The translations under genes were made by a program, and so were the position numbers. Of a DNA stretch of 64,000 bases, positions 36,231 to 46,636 are shown in pieces (within the stretch, counting starts at the first letter, position 1; each line of letters opens with the position of its first letter). This stretch comes from Escherichia coli (lineage in GTDB: Bacteria; Pseudomonadota; Gammaproteobacteria; Enterobacterales; Enterobacteriaceae). The notes under the pieces are model-generated. The model was not told the DNA's origin and made no database searches. It saw only the letters and a program-made list of their open reading frames with translations. Location of the stretch: NCBI RefSeq assembly GCF_024700885.2, contig NZ_CP117016.1; one strand, written 5' to 3'.

Positions 36231-37136
36231 TTAATAACTGGGTTCCTGTTCCCCACTGACCACTCGTTGTTGATGGGCAAGCAGGGCCTGTTTATCAACA
36301 ACTGCACGCAGCAATTGTTGCATCGGGTAATCATCGACTCGCGTCAAAACCACGGCTTCGGTGGCCTGTAAAAATCGCGGATCGTCTGTGAGCGGCGTCG
36401 CTTCTAATCCCAGCATGGTCAGTTCGTTTTCCGCCACCACGTTCCAGATCACCGCATCGACATCGCCTTTAACAATGCGTTGTAAACTCTCGTGATAAGA
36501 GAGATCGACACGTTCCACATCACTATCGCCAAAAAAGACATCGGTCATGATTTTCTGATCCGCCGAACGGTTATCCAGCCCCACGCGCTTCACGTTTGCG
36601 GACTCGCCTTTACGGCAAATCAACTGGTGCTCGCCAACGTAGGTGTGCGGCCCCAACTCCAGCGCGAGGCATAAGCCTTTTTGCGTGAGATAACTTTCCG
36701 CCGCCAGTCGGGAAACAACCGCCATGTCATACACGCCGTTAAGTAAACACTCCACGCGAATATCCGCGCCGCGCATATGCGCATAGTAAAAAGGAATACC
36801 ATCAAACTGGGCTTTCAATCCGCTCGCCAGGCCTTCGTACAAACGGGTATAGGGCAAGGGCATCGCACATACCACGTTGTTGATATCCACATGAGTCAGC
36901 AATGCTTTGTTATCCATCTCGACCAGATAACTGCCATTGCGCCCACGGCGTTCTATCCGTATCGCTCCGCTTGATTCCAGCGTTTTCAACGCGGCCTGCG
37001 TCAGGCCAACGGATGAACGGCATTCAGTTGCCAGCTCATCTATGGTTTTCAGTCGATTACCGCACTTTTCACCCAACAAATAACGGGCCAGTGTCGTGAT
37101 GACGACGCCTTCTTTTTTGATAAACGTTCGACGCAT
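36231..37136 (-). CDS. yhfZ: YhfZ, putative transcriptional regulator (N-terminal HTH), 301 aa
   Basis: N-terminal HTH-like segment (IDELATECRSSVGLTQAALKTLESSGAIRI); first gene of the co-directional yhf cluster. Confidence 0.85.
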   Translation of the reverse strand: MRRTFIKKEGVVITTLARYLLGEKCGNRLKTIDELATECRSSVGLTQAALKTLESSGAIRIERRGRNGSYLVEMDNKALLTHVDINNVVCAMPLPYTRLYEGLASGLKAQFDGIPFYYAHMRGADIRVECLLNGVYDMAVVSRLAAESYLTQKGLCLALELGPHTYVGEHQLICRKGESANVKRVGLDNRSADQKIMTDVFFGDSDVERVDLSYHESLQRIVKGDVDAVIWNVVAENELTMLGLEATPLTDDPRFLQATEAVVLTRVDDYPMQQLLRAVVDKQALLAHQQRVVSGEQEPSY

Positions 37137-37253
37137 AGTAAATTTTCAATAAAGTGAATATTTATATCTTCATAAAAATGAAAATAAGTGGCAACTGCGA
37201 GATATGGAAACGGCGAGGCGCTTCACATTTTTTCGGATTATTGCAAAAAGAGG

Positions 37254-37284
37254 ATAAAAAAAACCGGGTTTCCCCGGTTTTTGG
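37254..37284. terminator. Bidirectional rho-independent terminator immediately 3' of trpS
   Basis: aaaaaaaaccgggtttccccggtttttgg: a perfect hairpin flanked by A- and T-runs. Confidence 0.8.
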
Positions 37285-37297
37285 CATTAATGTTAAA

Positions 37298-38302
37298 TTA
37301 CGGCTTCGCCACAAAACCAATCGCTTCGTACACCGCTTTCAGCGTACGGGAAGCGTGTGCGCTGGCTTTTTCTGCGCCATCTTTCATCACCTGTTGCAGG
37401 AAGGCTTCGTCATTGCGGAAACGGTGATAACGTTCCTGCAATTCAGTCAGCATACCGGAAACGGCATCAGCCACTTCGCCTTTGAGATGACCATACATCT
37501 TGCCTTCGAACTGTTTTTCCAGTTCCGGGATGCTCTGGCCCGTTACCGCAGAAAGGATATCCAGCAGGTTGGAAACGCCCGCTTTGTTCTGCACATCGTA
37601 GCGAACTACCGGCGGCTCGTCGGAGTCGGTGACCGCGCGTTTGATTTTCTTCACTACCGATTTCGGATCTTCCAGCAGGCCGATAACGTTATTGCGGTTA
37701 TCGTCAGACTTGGACATCTTTTTGGTCGGCTCCAGCAGCGACATTACGCGCGCGCCAGATTTCGGAATAAACGGCTCCGGCACTTTAAAGATCTCGCCAT
37801 ACAGCGCGTTGAAACGCTGGGCGATATCGCGGCTCAGTTCCAGGTGCTGTTTCTGGTCTTCCCCCACCGGCACCAGGTTGGTTTGATACAGCAGAATGTC
37901 TGCTGCCATCAGCACTGGATAGTCAAACAGACCAGCATTGATGTTCTCGGCATAACGCGCAGATTTATCTTTAAACTGCGTCATGCGGCTCAGTTCGCCG
38001 AAGTAGGTATAGCAGTTCAGTGCCCAGCCTAACTGCGCATGTTCCGGCACGTGGGACTGAACAAAAATGGTGCTTTTCTCAGGATCGATACCACAAGCCA
38101 GATACAAGGCCAGCGTATCCAGCGTCGCTTTACGCAGCTTCTGTGCATCCTGGCGCACGGTGATCGCGTGTTGGTCAACGATACAGTAAATGCAATGGTA
38201 GTCATCCTGCATGTTTACCCACTGACGCAGCGCACCCATGTAGTTACCAATGGTCAATTCACCTGAGGGCTGTGCGCCACTAAAAACGATGGGCTTAGTC
38301 AT
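37298..38302 (-). CDS. trpS: Tryptophanyl-tRNA synthetase TrpS, 334 aa
   Basis: Class-I aaRS motifs: HIGN-type (TIGNYMGA) near the N-terminus and KMSKS (KMSKSD). Confidence 0.97.
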   Translation of the reverse strand: MTKPIVFSGAQPSGELTIGNYMGALRQWVNMQDDYHCIYCIVDQHAITVRQDAQKLRKATLDTLALYLACGIDPEKSTIFVQSHVPEHAQLGWALNCYTYFGELSRMTQFKDKSARYAENINAGLFDYPVLMAADILLYQTNLVPVGEDQKQHLELSRDIAQRFNALYGEIFKVPEPFIPKSGARVMSLLEPTKKMSKSDDNRNNVIGLLEDPKSVVKKIKRAVTDSDEPPVVRYDVQNKAGVSNLLDILSAVTGQSIPELEKQFEGKMYGHLKGEVADAVSGMLTELQERYHRFRNDEAFLQQVMKDGAEKASAHASRTLKAVYEAIGFVAKP

Positions 38303-39053
38303 TTTTCGATTCCTGATTTTCGCTATGCGGAAGCCCTAATGCGGGCAGAAGGTCATTTATAGACTGATAAATTACATCAGGCTGGCTGAGATCGATAGCC
38401 TCGCCGTAGTTATATCCGTAGGTTAAGCCAACTGATGGGCAACCTGCCGCTTTTGCTGCCTGAATATCATTGCGTGAGTCGCCAACAAACAGCATCTGTT
38501 GTGGAACAATTCCCATCCGCTCAGCCACCAGTAACAGCGGATCCGGATGCGGTTTTTTGTTTTGCACATCATCACCACCAATCACCACGCTGAAGTATTT
38601 GGCGATATCTAAGGCTTCGAGCAGCGGCGCGACGAACGGCGTCGGTTTGTTGGTGACCAGACCTAGCGGCAGGCCTTTAGCCTGCAATGCGCCCAGCGTA
38701 TCGGCAACGTGCGGGAACAAAAACGTCCCCTCTTCGGCAACCTCGCCATAGTAGCGATCGAACAGTTTACGCAGAATACGTACCTGTTCTTCTGCCGGAA
38801 TGTCGTCATCAACGGGCGGTTTCCCCATTGTTTTACGCAGAGTCGCACGTTCCTGACGCGCCCAGGTCAATGCGCGCTCCATCAGAACATCTGCGCCGTT
38901 ACCAATCCAGGTTATAACGCGTTCTTCACCTGCGACGGGCAACTCCAGCGCATACAGCGCCATATCTACTGCGGTAGCCAAGCCAGGAGCACTGTCCACC
39001 AGCGTACCATCGAGATCAAAAGCGACGCCGCGAATATCTTCAAACTTATTCAT
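38295..39053 (-). CDS. gph: Phosphoglycolate phosphatase Gph (HAD superfamily), 252 aa
   Basis: HAD motif I ([12 protein letters not shown]); 8-nt overlap with the trpS start. Confidence 0.95.
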   Translation of the reverse strand: MNKFEDIRGVAFDLDGTLVDSAPGLATAVDMALYALELPVAGEERVITWIGNGADVLMERALTWARQERATLRKTMGKPPVDDDIPAEEQVRILRKLFDRYYGEVAEEGTFLFPHVADTLGALQAKGLPLGLVTNKPTPFVAPLLEALDIAKYFSVVIGGDDVQNKKPHPDPLLLVAERMGIVPQQMLFVGDSRNDIQAAKAAGCPSVGLTYGYNYGEAIDLSQPDVIYQSINDLLPALGLPHSENQESKND

Positions 39054-39723
39054 GACTTACCTTTGCCAGTTCACTGCGCATTTCATCAATGACTTTTTTG
39101 TAGTCTGGCTGGTCGAAGATTGCCGAACCGGCGACGAACATATCCGCACCCGCCGCAGCGATTTCGCCAATGTTGTTCACCTTCACGCCACCGTCAACTT
39201 CCAGTCGAATGTCAAAGCCAGACTCGTCGATACGACGACGTACTTCGCGCAGTTTATCCAGTGTTTGCGGAATGAAAGACTGACCGCCGAAACCAGGGTT
39301 GACGGACATCAGCAGGATCACATCCAGCTTATCCATCACGTAATCCAGATAGCTCAGCGGTGTCGCCGGGTTAAATACCAGACCCGCTTTACAGCCATTT
39401 TCTTTAATCAGTTGCAGCGTGCGGTCAACATGCTCGGAGGCTTCTGGATGAAAGGTAATGATGCTGGCACCAGCGGCAGCGAAATCAGGCACAATGCGAT
39501 CGACGGGTTTCACCATCAGGTGTACGTCGATAGGGGCGGTAATGCCGTAGTTACGCAAGGATTTCAGCACCATTGGCCCAATCGTCAGATTGGGAACATA
39601 GTGGTTATCCATGACGTCAAAATGCACGACATCAGCGCCAGCTGCCAGGGCTTTTGCGGTATCTTCACCCAGGCGGGCAAAATCAGCCGACAGAATTGAG
39701 GGGGCAATCAAATACTGTTTCAT
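39046..39723 (-). CDS. rpe: Ribulose-phosphate 3-epimerase Rpe, 225 aa
   Basis: Translation [21 protein letters not shown]... matches remembered Rpe; 8-nt overlap with gph. Confidence 0.96.
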   Translation of the reverse strand: MKQYLIAPSILSADFARLGEDTAKALAAGADVVHFDVMDNHYVPNLTIGPMVLKSLRNYGITAPIDVHLMVKPVDRIVPDFAAAGASIITFHPEASEHVDRTLQLIKENGCKAGLVFNPATPLSYLDYVMDKLDVILLMSVNPGFGGQSFIPQTLDKLREVRRRIDESGFDIRLEVDGGVKVNNIGEIAAAGADMFVAGSAIFDQPDYKKVIDEMRSELAKVSHE

Positions 39724-39740
39724 CCGCTTCTCCTTGAGAA

Positions 39741-40577
39741 TTATTTTTTCGCGGGTGAAACGACTCCTGGTTTGTACAAAGCCAGCAGTTCGTCCACCTT
39801 TTTACGTGTGCCGCCGTTGCTGCTTATACTGCGTCGAACTTTGACGACATGCAATTTTGCGCGCTGATACCACTCACGCGTTAACATCGTATCGTGATTG
39901 GAGATCAGCACTGGAATATGGCGATCAACCAGACCTTCGGCGATCTCCGCCAGATGCGCTTGTTGTTCAAGCGTAAAACTGTTTGTGTGATACGCCGTAA
40001 AGTTGGCGGTCGCAGACAGCGGCGCATAAGGCGGATCGCAATAGACGACGGATGCATCATCTGCACGCGCCATGCTATCGGCGTAAGACTCACAGTAGAA
40101 AAAGGCATTCTGCGCTTTTTCAGCGAAGTGATACAACTCTGCTTCCGGGAAATAGGGTTTTTTGTAGCGGCCAAACGGCACGTTAAACTCACCGCGCAGA
40201 TTGTAACGACACAGGCCGTTGTAACCGTAGCGGTTCAAATATAAAAACAGTACCGCCCGACGGAACGGATCCTGGCTTTTATTGAACTCTTCGCGGAACT
40301 GATAGTAAACCTCGGCGCAATTTGTTTCGGGAACAAACAGCTCGCGTGCGGCCTGTACGTACTCATCAGTACGCATTTTCACAATGTTATAGAGACTGAT
40401 CAGGTCGCTATTGATATCGGCAAGGATATAACGAGAAAAGTCGGTGTTGAGAAACACCGACCCGGCACCTACAAAAGGCTCAACCAGACATTCGCCCTTG
40501 GGCAAATGCCGTTTAATATCATCAAGCAGGGGATACTTGCCCCCTGCCCACTTCAAAAAAGCGCGATTTTTCTTCAT
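39741..40577 (-). CDS. dam: DNA adenine methyltransferase Dam (GATC N6-adenine MTase), 278 aa
   Basis: DPPY catalytic motif (VYCDPPYAP) and an AdoMet-binding N-terminal region. Confidence 0.97.
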   Translation of the reverse strand: MKKNRAFLKWAGGKYPLLDDIKRHLPKGECLVEPFVGAGSVFLNTDFSRYILADINSDLISLYNIVKMRTDEYVQAARELFVPETNCAEVYYQFREEFNKSQDPFRRAVLFLYLNRYGYNGLCRYNLRGEFNVPFGRYKKPYFPEAELYHFAEKAQNAFFYCESYADSMARADDASVVYCDPPYAPLSATANFTAYHTNSFTLEQQAHLAEIAEGLVDRHIPVLISNHDTMLTREWYQRAKLHVVKVRRSISSNGGTRKKVDELLALYKPGVVSPAKK

Positions 40578-40683
40578 GCTGACTAACTAATTACACCTTC
40601 TCCGGCTGTGGAGAAAGCTCCGACAGCATCCAGCGCTTCAGGCAACTCCCGCAACGATAAACCATTGCGGGAGATAACCTTGA

Positions 40684-41970
40684 TTACTTCAGATCGGCCT
40701 GTACCTGACGCAGCGGTTTCGCCCACGGGTTTTTGGCCTGGACATCTGCTGGCAATGTAGATACCGCTTTTTTCGCCTCTTCTTTCGAAGCGTACACGCC
40801 AGAAACCAGGACATACCACGGCTGACCATTACGCGTCGTTTCATAGACAACGTAGTTTTTCAGATTCTCTTTCTTCGCCCAACCGTTCAGGTTGTCGTAG
40901 TTAGAGGAACTGCTCAGCTGCAGAGTGTAATGGCTGGACGGTGCCGATTTCAACGAACCAACATTACCTGCGGTCTTCCCTCCAGCGGCTGGTGTTGCCG
41001 TGGTTTGCGCCGGGGATGCCGTCTGTACTGGAGCCGTAGTTGCGGTCTCTTTTGGTGCTGGCGTAGAGGTCGCAGCCGGTGCCTTCGTGCTCGCCACAGG
41101 AGCAGCTGGTTCAGTACGCTTCGGCGTCTGTGCTACCGGCTTCGGTTCCGTTTTCACGGTTGCTTGCGGTTTTTTCGGTTCAATCACCGCCTGCTGACGA
41201 GCTGGACGCGTGGTGGCCGGACGTTCAGCGGTTTGCGTTTTCGCCGTGTCACGCGATGCATTGCCATTGCGAACAGGCGCGACCGTCGCGGGTTCAGTCG
41301 GCAATGTAGAATTGACCGCCACATTGTTCAACTGTTGCTGATTTTGTGGCTGAGTCAGCGCATTGTTCAGGTCACCCTGCACTTCAACACGTTGTTGACC
41401 ATCCGTTGCCGCCGGGGTTTGCCCTTGAGTCGGCGTAGAAGAGATCGGCGGCAGAGAAACATCCTGCTGAGTATTTTCCGCAGACGTGGTTCCCGGCGCT
41501 GGCTGCACGCCATTCGCCTGATCGGTCGCATTGCCAGCAAGATCAATACTCTTCTCGCCAGACGCGGTTTGATCGCTGGAAGAGGTCGAGGGGGCTTTTA
41601 GCGCAGAACCGATACCGATGATCAACAGCAGGAGAACCAGAATGCCGACGCCCATCATCATATACTGACGAGAAGCGGGTTTACTGGCTGCTTTTTTGCG
41701 CTTACGCGGACGACGCTCTACGCGCTCTTCATCCACGGTTTCATCTTCGGATTCGTCAATTTCTTCTTCGATTTCCGGTTCCTCATTGCGCTCTTTTTGC
41801 GCACGAGTCGGACGGCGATCGTCAGTGTCATCAAGTTCAATATCATCAAAATTGATCTGCGGTTCGCCACGTTCAGTACGCTCAGAACGTTCAGAAGATT
41901 GACGAGAACGACCAGTACGACGATCGCTGGGATCGGGTTTCAGCTCGTCTTCTGGTTTGAATTCATCCAT
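40684..41970 (-). CDS. damX: Cell-division protein DamX (SPOR domain), 428 aa
   Basis: Charged N-terminus, one TM segment, a long low-complexity Q/P/T/A-rich linker and a C-terminal SPOR-like region. Confidence 0.93.
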   Translation of the reverse strand: MDEFKPEDELKPDPSDRRTGRSRQSSERSERTERGEPQINFDDIELDDTDDRRPTRAQKERNEEPEIEEEIDESEDETVDEERVERRPRKRKKAASKPASRQYMMMGVGILVLLLLIIGIGSALKAPSTSSSDQTASGEKSIDLAGNATDQANGVQPAPGTTSAENTQQDVSLPPISSTPTQGQTPAATDGQQRVEVQGDLNNALTQPQNQQQLNNVAVNSTLPTEPATVAPVRNGNASRDTAKTQTAERPATTRPARQQAVIEPKKPQATVKTEPKPVAQTPKRTEPAAPVASTKAPAATSTPAPKETATTAPVQTASPAQTTATPAAGGKTAGNVGSLKSAPSSHYTLQLSSSSNYDNLNGWAKKENLKNYVVYETTRNGQPWYVLVSGVYASKEEAKKAVSTLPADVQAKNPWAKPLRQVQADLK

Positions 41971-42061
41971 TTAACACCCCACTAAAAGGTTAATGCTTAC
42001 CACGTTGCAATTAACCTGAAGCTAATAGACCGCTTGATAAGCGGCCTGACCTTTCTTGTTG

Positions 42062-43150
42062 TTACGCTGATTGACAATCGGCAATGGCGTTAAGAACAAG
42101 CTCGTGCGAAACGCCGCTGCGAACTTCACTCTTACCAATTGCCAACGGAAGAATTAAGCGCATCTCTCCCGCAAGGACTTTCTTGTCACGCAGCATATGC
42201 GGTAAATACGCCTGCGCAGACATTTCGCGCGGCCCATTGACCGGTAACCCAGCTCGCGTGAGCAGGGTTATAATACGCTGCGTTTCGGCAGAACTAAACT
42301 GCCCGAGACGTTCCGACGTCCGCGCCGCCATCACCATACCCGCAGCGACCGCTTCACCGTGTAACCAATTGCCATACCCCATTTCAGCTTCAATGGCATG
42401 ACCAAAGGTGTGTCCCAGATTCAGTAAAGCACGTAACCCGGTTTCGCGCTCGTCGGCGGCGACAACTTCTGCCTTCAGTTCACAACAACGGCGAATACAG
42501 TACGCCATTGCCGGACCGTCCAGACGCAACAACGCATCCAGATTCTCTTCCAGCCAGTTGAAAAACGCACCGTCAAGAATAATGCCGTATTTGATGACTT
42601 CTGCCAGCCCCGACGCTAACTCACGCGGGGGAAGCGTTTTCAGACAGTCGAGATCCACCACCACTGAAGCAGGCTGGTAGAACGCGCCAATCATGTTTTT
42701 ACCGAAGGGATGGTTGACCGCAGTTTTGCCGCCAACGGAGGAATCGACCTGCGACAGTAACGTCGTCGGGACTTGAATGAAACGTACACCGCGCTGATAA
42801 CTCGCCGCCGCAAAGCCGGTCAGATCGCCCACTACGCCGCCGCCAAGCGCCACCAGCGTAGTATCGCGACCATGCGGCTTTTGTAACAACGCCGTAAAGA
42901 CGGTATCGAGTACAGCCAGGCTTTTATACTGCTCGCCGTCAGGGAGGATAACGCTATCGACGTTAACACCCGCCTGTTCAAGTACGCCGCGGACCTTATC
43001 GAGATACAGAGGAGCCAGGGTTTCGTTGGTGACCAACATGACCTGCTCGCCCGATTTCAGCGGTAAGAATGAAGCTGGTTCATTAAACAAACCAGATGCG
43101 ATGGTAATTGGGTAACTACGTTCCCCGAGAGTAACGACAATCCTCTCCAT
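42062..43150 (-). CDS. aroB: 3-dehydroquinate synthase AroB, 362 aa
   Basis: Translation [24 protein letters not shown]... matches remembered AroB. Confidence 0.96.
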   Translation of the reverse strand: MERIVVTLGERSYPITIASGLFNEPASFLPLKSGEQVMLVTNETLAPLYLDKVRGVLEQAGVNVDSVILPDGEQYKSLAVLDTVFTALLQKPHGRDTTLVALGGGVVGDLTGFAAASYQRGVRFIQVPTTLLSQVDSSVGGKTAVNHPFGKNMIGAFYQPASVVVDLDCLKTLPPRELASGLAEVIKYGIILDGAFFNWLEENLDALLRLDGPAMAYCIRRCCELKAEVVAADERETGLRALLNLGHTFGHAIEAEMGYGNWLHGEAVAAGMVMAARTSERLGQFSSAETQRIITLLTRAGLPVNGPREMSAQAYLPHMLRDKKVLAGEMRLILPLAIGKSEVRSGVSHELVLNAIADCQSA

Positions 43151-43206
43151 AACGCGACATCCACCTTAATTACTGTACCCGCAGACGAGTGTATATAAAG
43201 CCAGAA

Positions 43207-43728
43207 TTAGTTGCTTTCCAGCATGTGAATAATCTGGTTTGCGACCACTTTAGCGCTTTGATCATCAGTACGAATGGTCACGTCGGCAATCTCTTCATAC
43301 AGCGGATTGCGTTCATTGGCCAACGCTTCCAGAACTTCACGCGGCGGTGTTTCAACGTGCAGCAACGGGCGTTTTTTATCACGCTGCGTGCGTGCAAGTT
43401 GCTTTTCGATGGTCGTTTCAAGATAAACGACAACGCCACGTGCGGAAAGACGGTTACGTGTTTCGCGGGATTTCACAGAGCCGCCGCCAGTAGCCAGCAC
43501 AATACCCTGTTTCTCGGTCAACTCATTGATGACCTTTTCTTCGCGATCGCGGAAGCCTTCTTCGCCTTCTAAATCGAAAACCCAGCCCACATCAGCTCCG
43601 GTTCGTTTCTCAATCTCTTGATCGGAATCGTAAAATTCCATATTGAGTTGTTGAGCTAACTGGCGCCCAATAGTGCTTTTTCCGGCACCCATAGGCCCAA
43701 CCAGAAAGATATTGCGTTTCTCTGCCAT
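43207..43728 (-). CDS. aroK: Shikimate kinase I AroK, 173 aa
   Basis: ORF track 43207..43929 is open for 67 codons upstream; the start at [21 protein letters not shown] (P-loop) gives 173 aa. Confidence 0.93.
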   Translation of the reverse strand: MAEKRNIFLVGPMGAGKSTIGRQLAQQLNMEFYDSDQEIEKRTGADVGWVFDLEGEEGFRDREEKVINELTEKQGIVLATGGGSVKSRETRNRLSARGVVVYLETTIEKQLARTQRDKKRPLLHVETPPREVLEALANERNPLYEEIADVTIRTDDQSAKVVANQIIHMLESN

Positions 43729-44128
43729 TTTTTCGGTACTACTAAGACTATTCGTTAATGATAAACCCGCTTCGCTCAGAGAGCGCCGCAGGACATGAAC
43801 TGAAACCTCATAAGATATTGCGAGAGTCAGACTGAAAATTATCTCAATACTCCAGCGGGTTTGGCAACTGAATAAATCACCCATCCCTCTGCATATCTGG
43901 TCGCTGCAAGCGCGCTGCCTTGCTACCACCGCTCTGGCGATAAATCACCGGGTAAGATTAGCGTAAAAAAGACAGCAAAATGCCGCCTGAATGATAAATC
44001 ATCATCATGGAACGCAGGCAGCGAAGAGCACCAACTCTCAAATCGGTACTCCTTGTATGCTAAATACCTGCGCGCGTCAAATAGATGAAACACGTTCAGC
44101 GTAAAAACATTACCGCTTTTACGGCTGT

Positions 44129-45367
44129 TTACTCACTGGAAACCAGTCGTGGCGTGATAAACACCACTAACTCGCGTCGTTCATCTTCTTTTCCGTCATG
44201 ACGAAATAATTGTCCGAACCAGGGAATGTCGCCAAGCAACGGTACGCTATCCTGACCCGATTTATTTTTACGGGTAAAAATGCCACCCAGCGCCAACGTT
44301 TCTCCGCTTTTGACCTCGACCTGCGTTTCGATCTCCTGCTTATCAATCGCCAGCACTTCGCCATCGGCCTGCTGTAGCACCTGCCCCGGAACGTTCTGGC
44401 TGATGTGTAATTTCAGCCGGATGCGACCTTTTTGTAACACCGTGGGCGTAACTTCCATCCCCAGGACGGCCTCTTTAAATTCCACCGACGTCGCGCCACT
44501 TTCCCCGCTGGAAACCTGATATGGAATTTCGCTCCCCTGTTTAATGCTGGCGGGCTGAAGATGTGAGGCCAGCAGACGCGGACTGGCGATAATATCCAGC
44601 TGCTGTTTTTGTTCGAGCGCGGAAAGCTCAAGATCCAGTAAACGTCCGTTGATGCGTCCAATGTTAAAACCGACATGCGTTGTCGCCGTCGCTACGGAGA
44701 GGTCGCTGCCAAGCGTGGTGACTTGCCCAACGCCACCAGCGTGTTGCGCATCAGCCAACGTCCATTTCACGCCTAACTCACGCAAACTTTTTTCATTAAT
44801 GGTGACAATATGCGCCGACAGCTCAACCTGCCCGACCGGCAGATCCATTTGCGCTACCCACTGTTCAAGCGCGCTTAACGCCGTTTTGTTATCTCGCAGC
44901 AAAAGGCGATTAGTGCGTTTATCGACGGTCATACTCCCTTTGGCACTCAGTAGCTTCTCCCCCGCTTTCGCCAGTTCTCCCGCGTCGGCGTATTGCAGGG
45001 TTATACTGCGATTTTCCAGCGGCAGATTTGCCTGCGCCCGCGCCTGCTCCGCCTCCTGACGGGCGATATTGTCATTCTGCCAGGCAACGGAATGCACCGA
45101 GAGAATGTTGCCCTCCTGACGCGTTATCAGTCCGGCGCTTTTCACTACAGTTTGTAGTGCTTGCTTCCAGGGAACATCTGTTAGATGTAACGACACCGTA
45201 CCGCTGACGTCTGGCGACACCACCAGGTTCAACTTCTCCTGTTCAGCCAGCGCCTGCAACACCTGAGCTACCGGAACGTCATCCACCATCAGTGTCACTT
45301 TTTGCGGCTTTGCCGCCTGTACGCCGGGTATCAGCATCAACAGTAGTGCGGCTATCCATTGCTTCAT
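44129..45367 (-). CDS. hofQ: Secretin-family outer-membrane protein HofQ (PilQ/ComE-like), 412 aa
   Basis: Signal peptide plus C-terminal secretin-like region; matches remembered HofQ. Confidence 0.93.
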   Translation of the reverse strand: MKQWIAALLLMLIPGVQAAKPQKVTLMVDDVPVAQVLQALAEQEKLNLVVSPDVSGTVSLHLTDVPWKQALQTVVKSAGLITRQEGNILSVHSVAWQNDNIARQEAEQARAQANLPLENRSITLQYADAGELAKAGEKLLSAKGSMTVDKRTNRLLLRDNKTALSALEQWVAQMDLPVGQVELSAHIVTINEKSLRELGVKWTLADAQHAGGVGQVTTLGSDLSVATATTHVGFNIGRINGRLLDLELSALEQKQQLDIIASPRLLASHLQPASIKQGSEIPYQVSSGESGATSVEFKEAVLGMEVTPTVLQKGRIRLKLHISQNVPGQVLQQADGEVLAIDKQEIETQVEVKSGETLALGGIFTRKNKSGQDSVPLLGDIPWFGQLFRHDGKEDERRELVVFITPRLVSSE

Positions 45368-45683
45368 TTGTATCTCCTTGCCGTTGCCACAACCATTGTG
45401 GCGGTTCGCAGTTTGTCCCGGTTCCCAGCGTTAGTGCGTCTGGCGTTAGCTGTAAGATCGTCCAGCCGTTTTCCAGCACATCGTTTTGCTGCACCCGTCG
45501 CCATTTTTTTTGCCCATCTTTTATTACACCGATGATGCGCTCGCCTCGCCCTACCATCCCCTGATAGCGCCACTGGCTAAGTTCGCTAATCCGGCATAGA
45601 TCTTCCGGCGGTTTAAAAGGGTCACGCATGCCGGTTAAAAGGCACAATGCAATACCTGCCAACAACCAGCGTTTAACCCTCAT
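45279..45683 (-). CDS. hofP: HofP (PilP-like), 134 aa
   Basis: ORF track 45279..45722; the internal ATG (MRVKRWLLAGIALCLL..., lipoprotein-like) gives 134 aa. The 3' end overlaps the hofQ 5' end by 89 nt. Confidence 0.82.
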   Translation of the reverse strand: MRVKRWLLAGIALCLLTGMRDPFKPPEDLCRISELSQWRYQGMVGRGERIIGVIKDGQKKWRRVQQNDVLENGWTILQLTPDALTLGTGTNCEPPQWLWQRQGDTNEAMDSRTTVDADTRRTGGKAAKSDTDGG

Positions 45684-46113
45684 GCGGCGTCTCCAGTTGT
45701 AGCGTGAACAAAAGGTCATCACCTTCCACGCTTAACGAAAAACGGCTCACGCTGACGTTGCGCTCTGCCAGCCGTGTAAATGCCGACGGCACTGCTTCCC
45801 ACAGCGTTTTCAACACCAACTCACCTCCCTGCGCGGATGGATGCCAGTAAACCAGTTGCGCGCCGGATAACTGAAAATCCAGTGGCGAAAAGGGCAGCGT
45901 TTTTTCCTCGCTGAAGGGAGTGGTGTCTACCAGGCGATACAGTGCGGCCCACTGCTGGTGATGACTCGCCCGTAGTCGAATTAATGCGTCGCTCTCTTCC
46001 TGGTGTGTCGATGACAGAAAAATGAGCGTAACTAACATCATCAACCAGAATGCCCAGCAAAGCTGGCGGAGGCGGGGTGATGTGGCGAACCACCAGTCAA
46101 AGAGCATGTCCAT
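45673..46113 (-). CDS. hofO: HofO (PilO-like), 146 aa
   Basis: ORF track; overlaps hofP by 11 nt and hofN by 17 nt. Confidence 0.85.
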   Translation of the reverse strand: MDMLFDWWFATSPRLRQLCWAFWLMMLVTLIFLSSTHQEESDALIRLRASHHQQWAALYRLVDTTPFSEEKTLPFSPLDFQLSGAQLVYWHPSAQGGELVLKTLWEAVPSAFTRLAERNVSVSRFSLSVEGDDLLFTLQLETPHEG

Positions 46114-46636
46114 CGCTAACCTTCCTTGTTAACTGATACTCAAATTGCCAGCGTCCCTGCGCATCCTGCTGCGTGGCTCCCCGCTGATTGAGATGAAAAG
46201 ACGCATCCTGGCGGAGTGACGTTTCTAGTGCGTTTAACGCGGTAATGCTTGTTGTCAGCCCCTTGATCTCCAGCGTTCCCTGCTGCCAGCTTATCGTTGT
46301 CAGCCAGGCATGTTCGGGTAAAAGCGCCGCCAGTGCTTCCAGCGCAGATTGCCAGTCACGGGTAAATTGTCGCTGGCGCTGCCTTTGCAAACGCTGTTCG
46401 CGTAACTGCTGGCGTTCCAGCAAACGTGGTTTCGTTATCTGTAAGCTGCGGGCGAGTTGTTGTTCCGCCTGAAGCAAAACGGTGTCTACGCGTGCTTCGG
46501 CGTTGCTTGTCAGACGCAGTATTAGCGTTATCCCGACGGCCAGCAGCAGAGGCGCAACGAACATCAGTAACCAGAAACGAAGAAAAGCGGTCCGGCGTTG
46601 CTGTCGCCAGGGCAAAAAATTAATTGGCGGGTTCAT
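46097..46636 (-). CDS. hofN: HofN (PilN-like), 179 aa
   Basis: ORF track; N-terminal TM segment then a coiled-coil-like Q/R-rich region. Confidence 0.85.
   Translation of the reverse strand: MNPPINFLPWRQQRRTAFLRFWLLMFVAPLLLAVGITLILRLTSNAEARVDTVLLQAEQQLARSLQITKPRLLERQQLREQRLQRQRQRQFTRDWQSALEALAALLPEHAWLTTISWQQGTLEIKGLTTSITALNALETSLRQDASFHLNQRGATQQDAQGRWQFEYQLTRKVSDGHAL

Noticed and set aside
37154-38032. 292-aa plus-strand ORF opposite trpS
   Set aside because: Antisense to trpS; begins in the terminator and intergenic region; no motif support.
40583-40819. 78-aa minus-strand ORF spanning the damX 3' end and the dam-damX spacer
   Set aside because: Out-of-frame overlap with the damX C-terminus and no ribosome-binding-site context; more likely the region carrying dam promoter elements.
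40930-41601. 223-aa Arg-rich plus-strand ORF opposite damX
   Set aside because: Arises from the low-complexity linker region of damX; extreme Arg/Gly/Cys composition typical of antisense frames.
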